From: an uncultured Planctomycetaceae bacterium
GTDB lineage: Bacteria; Planctomycetota; Planctomycetia; Planctomycetales; Planctomycetaceae
Length of the DNA stretch: 64,000 nt
Direction of reading: 5' to 3'
Assembly (NCBI GenBank): GCA_963815195.1
Contig: CAWFGE010000017.1
Span: forward strand, 256,001 to 320,000
The notes under the pieces were generated by a model, which had not been told where the DNA came from, made no database searches, and saw nothing but the letters and a program-made list of their open reading frames with translations. The stretch's first letter is position 1. Each line of letters begins with the position of its first letter. Positions 11,870 to 23,265 of this stretch are shown one piece after another. The position numbers and the translations under genes are program-made.

Positions 11870-12006
11870 GCGAATCCGAAGCACGAAATCCGAAATCCGA
11901 AACAAATTCCAAATGCGAATATTCCAAACCAAACTCTCAATCGATTAAGCCCACCTGGAGATTGGAATTTCGGTCATTGGGATTCCGGGATTCGGATTTC
12001 GAGTTT
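11870..12006. repeat. Heptamer tandem repeats in inverted arrangement
   Basis: cgaatccgaagcacgaaatccgaaatccgaaac...attcca on the left; ttggaatttcgg...ggattcggatttcgag on the right. Confidence 0.7.
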
Positions 12007-12061
12007 TCCAGCGTGCGCCGTGATGTAATCGCAACTGCCGTTTGTTTTGAGGAGAATTCTT

Positions 12062-13249
12062 ATGAAGCACCGCCTGTGTGTCTGGTCCGTGTTGGCATTG
12101 GCATTTCAAGTCCACGCGCTCCAAGCGGAGGATGTCGCCTGGAAGCGGGTGCAGTTGGATGCGGCGTTTCGCTCGGAAGGCGTCGCCGCCGCGGATGTCA
12201 ACCACGACGGCCAAATCGACGTGCTCGCCGGCGATGTGTGGTACGAAGCCCCGGATTGGAAAATGCACGAAATCCGCACGCCGGGCAAATTCGTCGCGGG
12301 CCAGGGCTACAGCACGAGCTTCGCCAACTGGGCCTATGATGTGAACCGCGACGGCTGGGACGATTTCCTCCTCGTCGGCTTTCCGGGAGCGCCGTTTCAC
12401 TGGTACGAAAACCCGCAGAACAAGCCCGGCCATTGGAAAGAACACCTCATCTGGCACAGCGCCTGCAACGAAACGCCCGACTTTGAAGACCTCACCGGCG
12501 ACGGCGAGCCCGAATTGATCCTCGGCTCGCAACCGGAATCCCAAATGGGCTATCTGCCCATCCCGCCGAAGAACCAGGCCGATCAGAAGTGGACCTTCCA
12601 CGCCATCAGCGAAAAAGGCGATCCGGGCAAAAACGGCACCTTCAAGTATTACCACGGCTTAGGGGTAGGCGATATGAACCGCGACCGCCGGCAGGATGTC
12701 GTCATTCCCCACGGCTGGTGGGAGCAGCCTTCCAATCCCGAAGACGTGCCCTGGAAGTTTCACCCGCTGAACCTCGGCAAGCCCGGCCAAGGCCCGCTGC
12801 CCGCGTCCAACCTGTATGTGGACGATCTGGATTTGGACGGCGATCAGGATGTGCTGATGAGTTCCGCCCACACCTTCGGCGTGTGGTGGTTTGAGAACAC
12901 CGGCGAGGATTTCAAATATCACCTGATCGATGAATCCTACTCGCAAACCCACGCCGTGGAGTACGTGGACCTCAACGGCGACGGCAGCAAAGACCTCGTC
13001 ACGGGCAAACGCTTCTTTGCCCACAACGGCCACGACCCCGGCGGCAAAGACGCCGTCGTGATGTATTGGTACGAGATCAAAAAATCGAAAAACCAGCCGC
13101 CCGAATTCGTCCGCCACGAAATCGCAGAAGGTCGGGACACGGGCGTCGGCACGCAGTTTCTGGTGAAAGACATCAACAAAGACAACCGCCCGGACATCAT
13201 CCTGTCGAACAAAAAAGGCGTCAACATCTTGCTGCAAAAAGCGCCGTAA
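12062..13249 (+). CDS. Exported FG-GAP/VCBS repeat protein
   Basis: Seven DxNxDGxxD-type motifs (e.g. DVNHDGQID, DLNGDGSKD); signal peptide. Confidence 0.92.
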   Translation: MKHRLCVWSVLALAFQVHALQAEDVAWKRVQLDAAFRSEGVAAADVNHDGQIDVLAGDVWYEAPDWKMHEIRTPGKFVAGQGYSTSFANWAYDVNRDGWDDFLLVGFPGAPFHWYENPQNKPGHWKEHLIWHSACNETPDFEDLTGDGEPELILGSQPESQMGYLPIPPKNQADQKWTFHAISEKGDPGKNGTFKYYHGLGVGDMNRDRRQDVVIPHGWWEQPSNPEDVPWKFHPLNLGKPGQGPLPASNLYVDDLDLDGDQDVLMSSAHTFGVWWFENTGEDFKYHLIDESYSQTHAVEYVDLNGDGSKDLVTGKRFFAHNGHDPGGKDAVVMYWYEIKKSKNQPPEFVRHEIAEGRDTGVGTQFLVKDINKDNRPDIILSNKKGVNILLQKAP

Positions 13250-13315
13250 CACCTTTGATTTTAGAGCCGCGATCCAAAACCGCTTCCTCGTTTTTCCATC
13301 CTAAAGGTGCAACTC

Positions 13316-15534
13316 ATGGGTCACGTTCCTCGTTCTTACAGGTTTCGCCGGCCGTTTTTGTGCTGGATTGGTGTCGCCGTTTTCTCGATGGGCTTAATCC
13401 AAATCGGGCGGGCCAAGCCGCGGGTTTATCCGGAAGGCGAATTGCCGAAGGACCGCCGGTTGGAAGCGCCTAAGGACCTCGACGATTATTTTCCGTTCGA
13501 TGTGCCCAAGACGAAAACGGATTGGGAAAAGCGGGCCGGGGAACTTCGCCGGCGGGTTTTGGTGGCGACGGGCTTGTGGCCGATGCCCGAGAAGACGCCC
13601 CTCCATCCGCAGATCTACGGAAAGACGCAGCGAGACGGGTTTACCGTCGAGAAGGTTTACTTCGAAAGCCTGCCGGGACATTTCGTCACCGGCCTGTTGT
13701 TTCGGCCTGAAGGCGGGGGTGATCAGAAGCGTCCCGGCATATTATGCCCGCACGGTCACGGCGGCCGGCTGCAGGACTACGGCGAAAAAGCGATGCCGAA
13801 GTTGATTGAGCAAGGCGCGGAACGCTTCGAGAAGTCCGGGCGGTTTCCTAAGCTCGCCCGCTGCGCCCAGTTGGCCCGCATGGGGTGCGTCGCGTTCATT
13901 TTCGATATGGAAGGCTACGCGGACAGCCAGCAGCTTTCCACTCAACTCATCCATCGCTTCGCCAAGCAGCGGCCGGACGCGGATTCCAAAACGTCCTGGG
14001 GGTTCTATGGCCCGCAGGCGGAACTCCGGCTCGAAAGCGTGATGGGCCTCCAGACCTGGAACTCGATCCGGGCGCTCGATTTTCTATGCGGCCTGCCGGA
14101 CGTCGATGCCGACCGCGTCGCGGTGACCGGAGGCAGCGGCGGCGGGACGCAGACGATTCTGCTTTGCGCCATCGATCCCCGCCCCAAGGCGGCCTTCCCG
14201 CAGGGCATGGTCTCCACGAGCATGCAGGGCGGCTGCACTTGCGAGAATTGCAGCTTGCTACGGATCGGCACGGGCAATGTGGAACTCGCCGCGCTGTTCG
14301 CGCCCGCCCGCAGGCGATGACCGCCGCGAACGACTGGACGAAGGAAATGATGACCAAGGGCTATCCGGAACTGCAAAAGCTGTATTCGTTCTATGACGCG
14401 AAGGAGAACGTGGGGTGTTATCCGCAGCTCCACTTCCCGCACAACTACAACGCGGCCACGCGGGCGTTGATGTATTCCTGGATGAACAAGCACCTCAATC
14501 TGGGTCTCAAAGAGCCGATCGCCGAAAAGGATTTCGCGCCGCTGACGCCGGCAGAATACACCGTCTGGGACGCGGAGCATCCCCAGCCCGCCGGCGGGGA
14601 CGACCACGAACGCTACGTGACGAAATATCTTTGGGACCAGGCCCAGAAAAAGATCCAAGCGGCCGCCCCGAAAGACGCCGAGTCGCTCAAGGCCTACCGC
14701 GAAATCGTGGGCGGGGGTTGGGAAACGATCGTCGGCCGCGATCTGCCCAAGCCTCTGGACATCGTGCGGGCCAAAATCGACAAACAGAAACAGGCGGGGT
14801 ATCTCTATTTCGAGGACACTCTGCACCTCGACACACACGATGAGGAACTGCCCGTGATCTCGTTCTATCCGACGAGCACCGCCTGGAACGGGGAAGTCGT
14901 GATCTGGGTGGACGGAGCCGGGAAAAAGGCGCTGTTGGGCGAAGGCGGCGAGCCGCGCGCGGAAGTTCGCCGACTGCTCGACGCCGGGGTTTCGGTGGTG
15001 AGCGCGGACCTGTTCCTTCAAGGGGAATTCTTGAGCGGCATCGACTCTGTCAAAGAGCAGCGTGTGGTGAAGAACCCCCGCGAGTTCGCCGGCTTCACCT
15101 TCGGCTACAACAATCCGCTCTTCGTCCAGCGGGTGCATGACGTGATGACCTTGATCGCCTTCGTCAAAGGCGACGAGCACGAGGTCAAGAAAGTGGATCT
15201 GTTGGGGACGGGCGGGGCCGGGCCGATTGCCTTAGCCGCGCGGGCAATGGCCGGGGCCAAAGTGAATAAAGCCGCGGTCGACACCGAAGGCTTTCGCTTC
15301 GTGAACCTGACAAGCTATCGCGATGTGAACTTTGTGCCCGGGGCGGTGAAGTACGGCGACGTGCCGGGACTGCTCGCGCTCTCGGCTCCGAATCCGCTCT
15401 GGATCGGCGGAGAGAAAACGATTCCGCCGATTGTAAAACAAGCCTACGAAGCGGCGGGTCAGCCCGATCAGGTGCAGTCGGCCGGGTCGCGGTTGGACAC
15501 GCTCAACGCGGCTGTGGAATGGCTGTTGAAGTAA
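13316..15534 (+). CDS. Exported acetylxylan-esterase-like alpha/beta hydrolase; frameshift near 14303
   Basis: CPHGH, TGGSGGG, MQGGCTCEN. ORF 13307..14320 joins the 13885..15534 frame at FAP(R)PQAMTAA. Confidence 0.85.
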
Positions 15535-15547
15535 ACGGGGCAATATC

Positions 15548-15593
15548 CAAACGAAAACCGGCGGAGTCGGCTGGCTTCGCCGGTTTGCGTTTG
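15548..15593. terminator. Probable bidirectional terminator hairpin
   Basis: caaacg-aaaaccggcggagtc / ggcttcgccggttt-gcgtttg between convergent genes. Confidence 0.65.
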
Positions 15594-15602
15594 ATTTCCG
15601 CG

Positions 15603-15977
15603 TTATTCGTTTTTTCCGGGAAGCTCGCCGGCTTTCAGCAGATCGCCGAAGGTTTTGCCTTCCGTCGCGCTCTTTTCGGCTTCGATCTTTTCAATCGCCT
15701 CGCGGATCGTGTTTTTGTTGGCGACGTTTTTCGCGCCCAGGGCCTTTTCCAACGCCTTGCCGTAGTTGTTGCGGGCCTTTTTCTTCTCTTGGGCTCCGGG
15801 AGGATGGCAAACGCCGCATTTGACTTTCTTCACCTGCTCCGAGAGGGCCGGGTATTTTGCGGCGAACACCTCGCGGTATTGCGGTCTGGCTTCTCCTGGC
15901 TGGGGACCGAGGATCGAGACCGCCGCGACGACGGCGGCCAACAGGCCCAGCGGGAAATACGGCTGCAAACGTTTCAT
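15603..15977 (-). CDS. Small exported monoheme cytochrome c-like protein (paralogue B)
   Basis: Signal peptide, CGVCH, RNNYG, C-terminal EGKTFGDLL...LPG; GGAGG upstream. Confidence 0.85.
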   Translation of the reverse strand: MKRLQPYFPLGLLAAVVAAVSILGPQPGEARPQYREVFAAKYPALSEQVKKVKCGVCHPPGAQEKKKARNNYGKALEKALGAKNVANKNTIREAIEKIEAEKSATEGKTFGDLLKAGELPGKNE

Positions 15978-16119
15978 CGTGTTCCTCCATGCGGGTCCAA
16001 GGGGTCCGAAGAGTTTCGCCACAAAACGCGAAAACCTTCGGAACTGGGAAAAGCAAGACCATCCTGGCGGGGATGGTCTTGCGGGAAATCCTGATTGTTC
16101 GGTCGGCGGCCGCCGGCGA

Positions 16120-16503
16120 TTATTCTTCGGCTTTGCCGGGCAGTTTGCCGTCATTCAGCAGATCGCCGAAGGTTTTGCCTTCTTCGGCGCTTTTTTCTTT
16201 TTCAATTTTCGCCAGGGCGGCTTTGATGGCGTCTTCGTCGGTTTCGTTCTTTTTGGGCAGGGCTTTTTTCAAGGCCATGCCGTAGTTATTCCGTTTTTCT
16301 TTGTCCATTTTGCCGTCGGCGGTTTTTCCGTGGCAGACAAAGCACGTGATTTTGTTGTTCTCGGCGACTTTCTCGTAGTTCTTTTGGAACACGGTCCGGT
16401 ATTTCGGACGGGCGTCCACGGTTTCGCCGCTGGAGAACACGATCGCTCCCGCGAGGACCGCCATGACGGTCAACAAAGTAGGCATTTTCCACGTCTTCTG
16501 CAT
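16120..16503 (-). CDS. Small exported monoheme cytochrome c-like protein (paralogue A)
   Basis: Signal peptide, CFVCH, RNNYG, C-terminal EGKTFGDLL...LPG. Confidence 0.85.
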   Translation of the reverse strand: MQKTWKMPTLLTVMAVLAGAIVFSSGETVDARPKYRTVFQKNYEKVAENNKITCFVCHGKTADGKMDKEKRNNYGMALKKALPKKNETDEDAIKAALAKIEKEKSAEEGKTFGDLLNDGKLPGKAEE

Positions 16504-16891
16504 CAAAAAATCTCCCATCGGGTTCTAATGATGGCTCGACACCAAAACCGGCCCCACCGGAGTCGGTTTTATGGACTTTTCACACATTGAATCACCCGGA
16601 AGGGTGTTATTGACGAGCCGAAACACTCAATTATTAGAATCGGGGTGACCATGCATGTCAACTCAATGATCCCATGGATTTCCCGAGTCCGCACCCGACA
16701 GACAACGCCGCGGAATTTTCGCGCAGGGCACGTCCTGAGCGCAGAGAAGGGCGTGGTTTTCGCGATTTGCCACCCGATCCGACTTGCGCAAAGCGATATT
16801 TCCGACAGAAGGTTGCCCGGGCTTTGCGGAAACGCTACAAGGTGGGGGAGATAGGATTACTTTTTCAAATGCCCATCAAGGAGCCGGTGAG

Positions 16892-17881
16892 ATGAAAACT
16901 CCGATTCGCGTGGCGGTGACGGGAGCCGCGGGAAATATTGGTTATGCGATGGTGTTTCGGTTGGCGTCGGGGGAAATCTTCGGACCCGACCAGCCCGTGA
17001 TTGTGCATCTCGTGGAGATTCCGCCGGCGATGTCGGCCCTCGACGGCGTGGAGATGGAACTCGACGACTGCGCGTTCCCCACGCTGGCGGGCGTGGTCAA
17101 GGCGGACAGCGATCATCTGGAAGACGGGTTTGCCGATTGTAACTTTGTGCTCTGCGTGGGCAGCGTGCCCCGCGGGAAGGGCATGGAGCGGGCCGACTTG
17201 ATTCGCGTCAACGGGCCGATCTTCACCAGCACCGGCAAAGCCATTGGAGCCGCGGCTGCGGATGACGTGCGGATTCTCGTCGTGGGGAATCCCTGCAATA
17301 CGAACTGCTTGATCGCGATGGCGAACGCCCCCGACGTGCCCCGCGACCGCTGGTTTGCGATGACCCGGCTCGATCAAAACCGGGCCATGACGCAACTCGC
17401 CCAAAAAGCCGGCGTCCCGGTGGCGGACGTGAAGAACGTCACGATCTGGGGCAACCATTCCACCACGCAGTATCCCGATTTTTATCACGCGACCATCGGC
17501 GGAAAGCCCGCGACCGAAGTTATCAAAGACGAAAACTGGCTGAAGAACGATTTTATTGCGACCGTGCAAAAGCGCGGGGCCGCGGTGATCGAAGCCCGCG
17601 GCGCGTCGAGCGCCGCCTCGGCCGCGAATGCCGCCTTGGGGAGCATCAAGAGCATTATCAACCCCACGCCCGCGGGCGAAACCTTCAGCAATGCGATGGC
17701 GAGCGACGGCAGCTATGGCATCGACGAGGGCCTGATCTTCGGCTTCCCGCTCACGAGCGACGGCGGGTCCTGCACCATCGTCCCAGGCCAGGAGCACAAC
17801 GAGTTCGGCCAACAAAAGCTCCAAGCCACCCTCGAAGAACTCCGCAGCGAACGCGACACGGTCAAAGACTTGCTGCCATGA
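16892..17881 (+). CDS. mdh: Malate dehydrogenase (MDH type 2)
   Basis: [58 protein letters not shown]. Confidence 0.97.
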   Translation: MKTPIRVAVTGAAGNIGYAMVFRLASGEIFGPDQPVIVHLVEIPPAMSALDGVEMELDDCAFPTLAGVVKADSDHLEDGFADCNFVLCVGSVPRGKGMERADLIRVNGPIFTSTGKAIGAAAADDVRILVVGNPCNTNCLIAMANAPDVPRDRWFAMTRLDQNRAMTQLAQKAGVPVADVKNVTIWGNHSTTQYPDFYHATIGGKPATEVIKDENWLKNDFIATVQKRGAAVIEARGASSAASAANAALGSIKSIINPTPAGETFSNAMASDGSYGIDEGLIFGFPLTSDGGSCTIVPGQEHNEFGQQKLQATLEELRSERDTVKDLLP

Positions 17882-17918
17882 TTTGGCATCGGAAGCGTAG
17901 CAAAAAAACCGCCGCCAA

Positions 17919-18528
17919 TCACGCGGCTTGATCGTTGGCTTTTGGGGAAGCCGCGCGTTGGAGCGTGGCGTTTTGGGATTCGTAAAGTTGATCCGACAGC
18001 CCGATGTTCGAATGGCCTTTCTTTCGCATGATGGGCCGTTGGAAAAACGTGTTGTTGGGCACTTGTAAGAGCAGCCCGTCTTCGGTTTCCATCGTGGTGA
18101 ACAGCAGGTTGAAGTTGACGACCTTTGCCGTGAAAGTCATCCGGAGGGAACGCGAGCGTATCGCCGATGCGGAACGGGCGGGTGATCATCAAAATCAGCG
18201 AGCACAGCGTATTGCTGAGCACGCTCCACACGGCGACGAAGCCGATGGATACGAGCGCGAGCACGCCCGTCACCGCGGCAACGACGCTCTTCAAAATGCC
18301 CATCACCTGCAGCACCAAGAGCACCGCGGCGAAGAGCAGCAGCCAGAACAGAATCCGCCGCATCGTGGCCATCAGCCGCGCCGGCAGATAGTGGTGTTTT
18401 TCGAGCGAAGCGAGTCCCCGGCTCAGCGCCAGGTAAATCACTCCCGCTGCCGCGAGAATGCCGGCGGTCGAGGCGGAAACGTTGCCGAACTTCAGCATCA
18501 CGGCTTGGGCTTGTTCCCAATATTCCAT
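17919..18528 (-). CDS. Short MscS-family mechanosensitive channel; frameshift near 18124
   Basis: Three TM helices, LSNTLCSLILMITRPFRIGD, then in the next frame (G)KVVNFNLLFTTMETEDG...QVPNN. Confidence 0.85.
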
Positions 18529-18775
18529 GATTTGCCCTCCTTGCGATTTTGCACGATTTGAACAGAGTTTCGAGGTTCCGATCGCAAAACCTTCGTTCCA
18601 AACGGCGGGGACCTTAGCAGGTATTCCGGGGCGTGTCACCAGGGCTTCGCCCGCGAGGGTTGACGCTGGGCCGGGCCAATCGCCAAGCTATCTTTATTGC
18701 CATTCGACGTTTTTTCCCGCTGAATTTCCGTCAGTCGCCCCTCGAGAACCGACGCCCGCTAGAGGACCAAGTTTC

Positions 18776-21337
18776 ATGAGCCAATTGAACCGCCGAAATT
18801 TCTTGCACGGCATGGGCGCCATCGGGACCGGCATCGCGGTTTCGGGTTCGGTCGATCCCGCCCAGGCCCAGCCGCAATCCGCCGGTCAAAGGAAGCATCC
18901 CTGGTCGCAGACTCCGGACCGGGTGTGGATCGGGCCGGAGTATTGGGCCAACCCGCTCCAAGATTGGCGAATCGCCAATGGGCGGTTGGAATGCACGAAC
19001 GCGGCGGCCAACCGCAACGTGCATTGCTTGACCCAATCCGTGGGCGAACGCCCCGGCACGTTGGATATGGTGGTGACGATTTCCCGCCCGGATGGAAAAC
19101 TGCTCAGCGATGGCAAAGGCTCCGCCGGGTTTCGCATCGGCATTCGCGGACCGCTCGAGGATTACCGAAACGCCATTGTCTTTGGCAACGGCTTGGATGT
19201 GGGTTTCAATGTTGTGGACGGATTGTTCATTGGCGGGGTCAAATCCAAAAAGCCGGCCAAGGACGTGCTCAACCGGAAGGAGATTCTTCTCTCGTTTTGG
19301 GCCCGCCCCCAGGGCAAAGCTTACACTGATTACGTCCTGAAGGCGATTGACAACGAGTCGGGCGAGATGATCGATGAGATTCAAAACGAGAGCATCTCGC
19401 CCGATCGCATCCACGGAAATCTGGCCTTGGTCAATAATCATGCCGGGGGAGGCCGGCGGGGAAATGGACCGGCCTACGGTGCGGGCAAGTTCCGATTCGC
19501 CGACTGGTTTATCACGGGCACAAAAATCGACGACCATCCCGAACGGGCTTACGGGCCGATTCTGTTTTCGCAATACACCCTAAGCGGCGGCATTCTGAAG
19601 ATGACCGCCCAGATGCCGCCGTTGGGAGATGATGATTCCAACACCGTGCGGCTGCAAATTCAAGAAGCCGGCAGCAAAGATTGGAAAACGATCGCCGAGG
19701 AAAAAATCCATCCCCAAGCCTGCACCGCGACGTTTCGCATCGCCGACTGGAACGACACACAGGACACGCCGTACCGGTTGGTCTACACGCAGAAATATCA
19801 GAGCGGCGAGACGCGGGATGACGAATGGAAGGGGACGGTCAGGCGGGATCCGGTGGATCAAGATGTGGTGACCGTGGCCGATGTATCCTGCAACATTCAC
19901 GCGGCGTTTCCGAACGACCACTACGTCAAGAATATGGCCAAGCTCGATCCCGATTTGATCGCGTTCGTGGGGGATCAGTTTTACGAAAGCACCGGCGGCT
20001 ACGGCACGCAGCGGGCTCCCTTGGACAAGGCGATCCTCGATTACCTGCGGAAATGGTGGCTGCACGGTTGGACCTGGCGGGAACTCACCCGCGATCGGCC
20101 CAGCCTGAGCATCCCCGACGACCACGATGTCTATCAAGGCAACGTCTGGGGCGAAGGCGGCGCGGGCAAGCAGCGCACGCAGGAAGCCGGGGGTTATGCG
20201 CTCCCGGCGGAGTGGGTCAACGTCGTCCACCGCACGCAGACCTCACATCATCCCGATCCTTACGATCCCCGCCCCGCCAAGCAGAATATCAGCGTGTATT
20301 TCGGGCCGATGACGTATGGGCGGTTGAGTTTCGCGATTATCGCCGACCGCATGTTCAAAACCGGTCCCGACGGCGAAGTCCCGCCCACCGGCGGCCGGGC
20401 GGACCATGTGACCGACCCAAACTTCGATCCCAAAACCGCCGACCTTCCCGGCTTGGAACTCTTGGGAGAACGGCAACTGAAGTTCCTCCGCGACTGGGCA
20501 ACGGACTGGAAAGGCGCGGACATGAAGGCCGTCGTCTCGCAGACGATCTTCGCCGCGATGGCCACCACCCACGGCGGCAACAGGCAGCGGCTCGTCGCAG
20601 ATTACGACGCCAACGGCTGGCCGCAGTCCGAGCGGAACAAGGCCCTCCAAGAAATCCGCAAAGCGTTCGCGGTGCATCTCGCGGGCGATCAGCACCTGCC
20701 CGCGGTGATTCATTACGGCGTCGATGAGTTCCGCGATGCGGGCGTGGCGTTCGCGGGGCCCGCGGTCAATGTGGGCTATCCACGCTGGTTCGAGCCGACG
20801 GAACCCGGAAAGAACCGCCAACCCGGAAGCCCCGAGAACACCGGCGATTTTCTGGACCACTTCGGGAACCCGATGACCGTGCTCGCGGTGAAGAACGGCG
20901 ATGTCAAACCGCCGGCCAAGCTTCTGGAAAACCTCGAGGGCAAATCCTCGGGCCTGGGCGTCGTTCGCTTCGACAAAAAGAACCGCGAGATCACCATCGA
21001 ATGCTGGCCGTTCTTGACGGACCCAATGACGCCGAACAGCCAATTCCCCGGCTGGCCGGTGAAGATCAAAGTCGAGGACAACTACGCCCGCAAACCCGCG
21101 GCCTATCTGCCCACGCTCAAAATCCAGGGGGCACCGAATCCCGTCGTCCAAGTCATCAACGACGGCACGGGCGAGATCGAATACACGCTGCGAATTCGCG
21201 GCAACACCTTCCGCCCGCAGGTATTCACTCCTGACGGCAGTTACACCATAAAAATCGGTGCCGAGGAACCACAGTCGCATCCGGGTTTGACCAACCTCAA
21301 GCCGGGCGGCGAACGGGTGATTGAAGTACGGGTTTAG
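18776..21337 (+). CDS. Tat-exported PhoD-family (alkaline phosphatase D-like) metallophosphoesterase
   Basis: NRRNFL Tat motif; SCN, FVGDQFY, IPDDHDV, LAGDQH. Confidence 0.88.
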   Translation: MSQLNRRNFLHGMGAIGTGIAVSGSVDPAQAQPQSAGQRKHPWSQTPDRVWIGPEYWANPLQDWRIANGRLECTNAAANRNVHCLTQSVGERPGTLDMVVTISRPDGKLLSDGKGSAGFRIGIRGPLEDYRNAIVFGNGLDVGFNVVDGLFIGGVKSKKPAKDVLNRKEILLSFWARPQGKAYTDYVLKAIDNESGEMIDEIQNESISPDRIHGNLALVNNHAGGGRRGNGPAYGAGKFRFADWFITGTKIDDHPERAYGPILFSQYTLSGGILKMTAQMPPLGDDDSNTVRLQIQEAGSKDWKTIAEEKIHPQACTATFRIADWNDTQDTPYRLVYTQKYQSGETRDDEWKGTVRRDPVDQDVVTVADVSCNIHAAFPNDHYVKNMAKLDPDLIAFVGDQFYESTGGYGTQRAPLDKAILDYLRKWWLHGWTWRELTRDRPSLSIPDDHDVYQGNVWGEGGAGKQRTQEAGGYALPAEWVNVVHRTQTSHHPDPYDPRPAKQNISVYFGPMTYGRLSFAIIADRMFKTGPDGEVPPTGGRADHVTDPNFDPKTADLPGLELLGERQLKFLRDWATDWKGADMKAVVSQTIFAAMATTHGGNRQRLVADYDANGWPQSERNKALQEIRKAFAVHLAGDQHLPAVIHYGVDEFRDAGVAFAGPAVNVGYPRWFEPTEPGKNRQPGSPENTGDFLDHFGNPMTVLAVKNGDVKPPAKLLENLEGKSSGLGVVRFDKKNREITIECWPFLTDPMTPNSQFPGWPVKIKVEDNYARKPAAYLPTLKIQGAPNPVVQVINDGTGEIEYTLRIRGNTFRPQVFTPDGSYTIKIGAEEPQSHPGLTNLKPGGERVIEVRV

Positions 21338-21385
21338 ACAGGTCTAAAAACGTGCCATCCAATTTCAGTAGTTCCAAAAAACGCC

Positions 21386-21458
21386 AGAGCCGCGCACGAA
21401 GTGAGCGGTATTACGATCTGTAAATTCAAAAAAAACCGCTTACTTCGTGCGCGGCTCT
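21386..21458. repeat. REP-like 24-bp inverted repeat
   Basis: agagccgcgcacgaagtgagcggt / accgcttacttcgtgcgcggctct, one G-U pair. Confidence 0.8.
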
Positions 21459-21536
21459 TGATTTTCCGAAACTTTTGGAACTCCCTTCCTTTGTGATCCA
21501 GGCACTGTCAAAATTTAAACGCGACAGAGGATTTCC

Positions 21537-23021
21537 ATGACGGAGAAGTGTTTTTTAGGCGTGGATTTGGGAGCGGAGAGCGGCCGGGTGATGGCTGGGT
21601 TGTTCGACGGCCGGCGGATCCGCCTGGAAGAACAGCACCGCTTCCCCAACACGCCCGTATCTTTGGGCGGCACGCTGCGCTGGAACGTGCTTAGCCTCTG
21701 GTCGGAGATTCAAACCGGGCTCGCCCAGTCCGCCGCGGCGTTTGGGGATCAAATCACCTCGGTCGGCGTGGACACGTGGGGCGTCGATTATGTGCTGCTC
21801 TCCAAGACGCGGGAGTTTTTGGGGCAGCCTTGGCATTACCGGGACCGCCGGACGCAGGGGTTTCTCGACAAGGCCGTTTCGCGGGTTCCCAAGGCGGAGA
21901 TTTTTCAGCAAACCGGCCTGCAGTTCATGGAGATCAACACGCTCTACCAACTGCTCGCGATGCAGGAAGCCGACCCGAACCTGTTAGCCCAGGCGGATTT
22001 GTTTTTGATGATGCCCGATTTCTTTCACTGGTGCTTATCGGGCAGCCAGGTTGTGGAGTTCACCAACGCGACGACGACGCAGTGTTTCCACGCGACCGAG
22101 CGGGATTGGGCGGTGGACTTGCTCCGTCGGCTGGAATTGCCCGCGGGGATTTTTCCCGAAGTCGTGCTGCCGGGGACGAAGTTGGGCCGGCTCCGCGAGG
22201 AGACCGCAAAGCGGACGGGCCTTAGCCGCATCGAAGTCGTGGCCCCGGCGACGCATGACACCGGGGCCGCGGTCGCCGCCGTCCCCACCGAGAACACCGG
22301 CCGGGCGAATTGGGCCTATATCTCCTCGGGCACCTGGTCGCTGATGGGGGTGGAGACGTCCGAGGCGGTGCTCACGGACCGGGCGCTCGCGTACAACGTC
22401 ACCAACGAAGGCGGGATTGATGGGACGTATCGGCTCCTCAAAAACATTATGGGGCTCTGGCTGGTCCAGGAATGCCGGCGGTCCTGGGAGCGGTCGGGAC
22501 AAGCCGTCGATTACGGCCGGATGACCGGGTGGGCGAGCGAAGCGGAACCGTTTCGCTCGCTCTTCCATCCCGATGACGGGGCGTTTCTCAGCCCGGCGGA
22601 CATGCCCCAGGCGATCGCGGATTGGTGCGAATCGCACGGCGAGCCCAGGCCCGAGTCGCCCGGTCAATTCGTCCGCTCGGCCCTCGAAAGCCTGGCCCTC
22701 AAATACCGCATGGTGCTCGGCTGGCTCGAAGAACTCACCGGCACGCCGGTGGAGGTGATTCACATCGTCGGCGGCGGCACACAGAACGAACTTTTGAACC
22801 AGTTCACCGCCAACGCCTGCGGCCGCCCGGTGGTCACCGGTCCCGTCGAAGCGACCGTCTTGGGGAACGTGCTGGTTCAGGCCCGTTCCGCCGGGGAGAT
22901 CGGCACGCTGGCCGAGATCCGGGACGTTGTCAGAAACTCCTTCTCCCTCAAAACTTACGAACCGCAATCGGTCCCGGAATGGCAAGCCGCCTACGAGCGG
23001 TTCTGCCGGTTGAACAAATAG
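21537..23021 (+). CDS. rhaB: Rhamnulokinase (FGGY family)
   Basis: [54 protein letters not shown]. Confidence 0.92.
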   Translation: MTEKCFLGVDLGAESGRVMAGLFDGRRIRLEEQHRFPNTPVSLGGTLRWNVLSLWSEIQTGLAQSAAAFGDQITSVGVDTWGVDYVLLSKTREFLGQPWHYRDRRTQGFLDKAVSRVPKAEIFQQTGLQFMEINTLYQLLAMQEADPNLLAQADLFLMMPDFFHWCLSGSQVVEFTNATTTQCFHATERDWAVDLLRRLELPAGIFPEVVLPGTKLGRLREETAKRTGLSRIEVVAPATHDTGAAVAAVPTENTGRANWAYISSGTWSLMGVETSEAVLTDRALAYNVTNEGGIDGTYRLLKNIMGLWLVQECRRSWERSGQAVDYGRMTGWASEAEPFRSLFHPDDGAFLSPADMPQAIADWCESHGEPRPESPGQFVRSALESLALKYRMVLGWLEELTGTPVEVIHIVGGGTQNELLNQFTANACGRPVVTGPVEATVLGNVLVQARSAGEIGTLAEIRDVVRNSFSLKTYEPQSVPEWQAAYERFCRLNK

Positions 23022-23265
23022 CCTGGGTTAATTGCACAGGTTGTGCCGGGGTTTCCGGTTTTGTGAAGTTTTCTGGTTGAGTTGAGTTTTTTGATTAAAG
23101 CGGATGCGCCTTCTGTGACGATGTTACCGACACGGGTTGCCGTCAGTTCCCGATGAGCCATTCACCCGAGAAATGCACAATTCTGAACAATGGCTCATCT
23201 TCGTCAGGCCGCTTTTTCGTTGTGAAGGAGCGATCGAAGCGGTTCTCAACAGGAGGAGATTTCGC

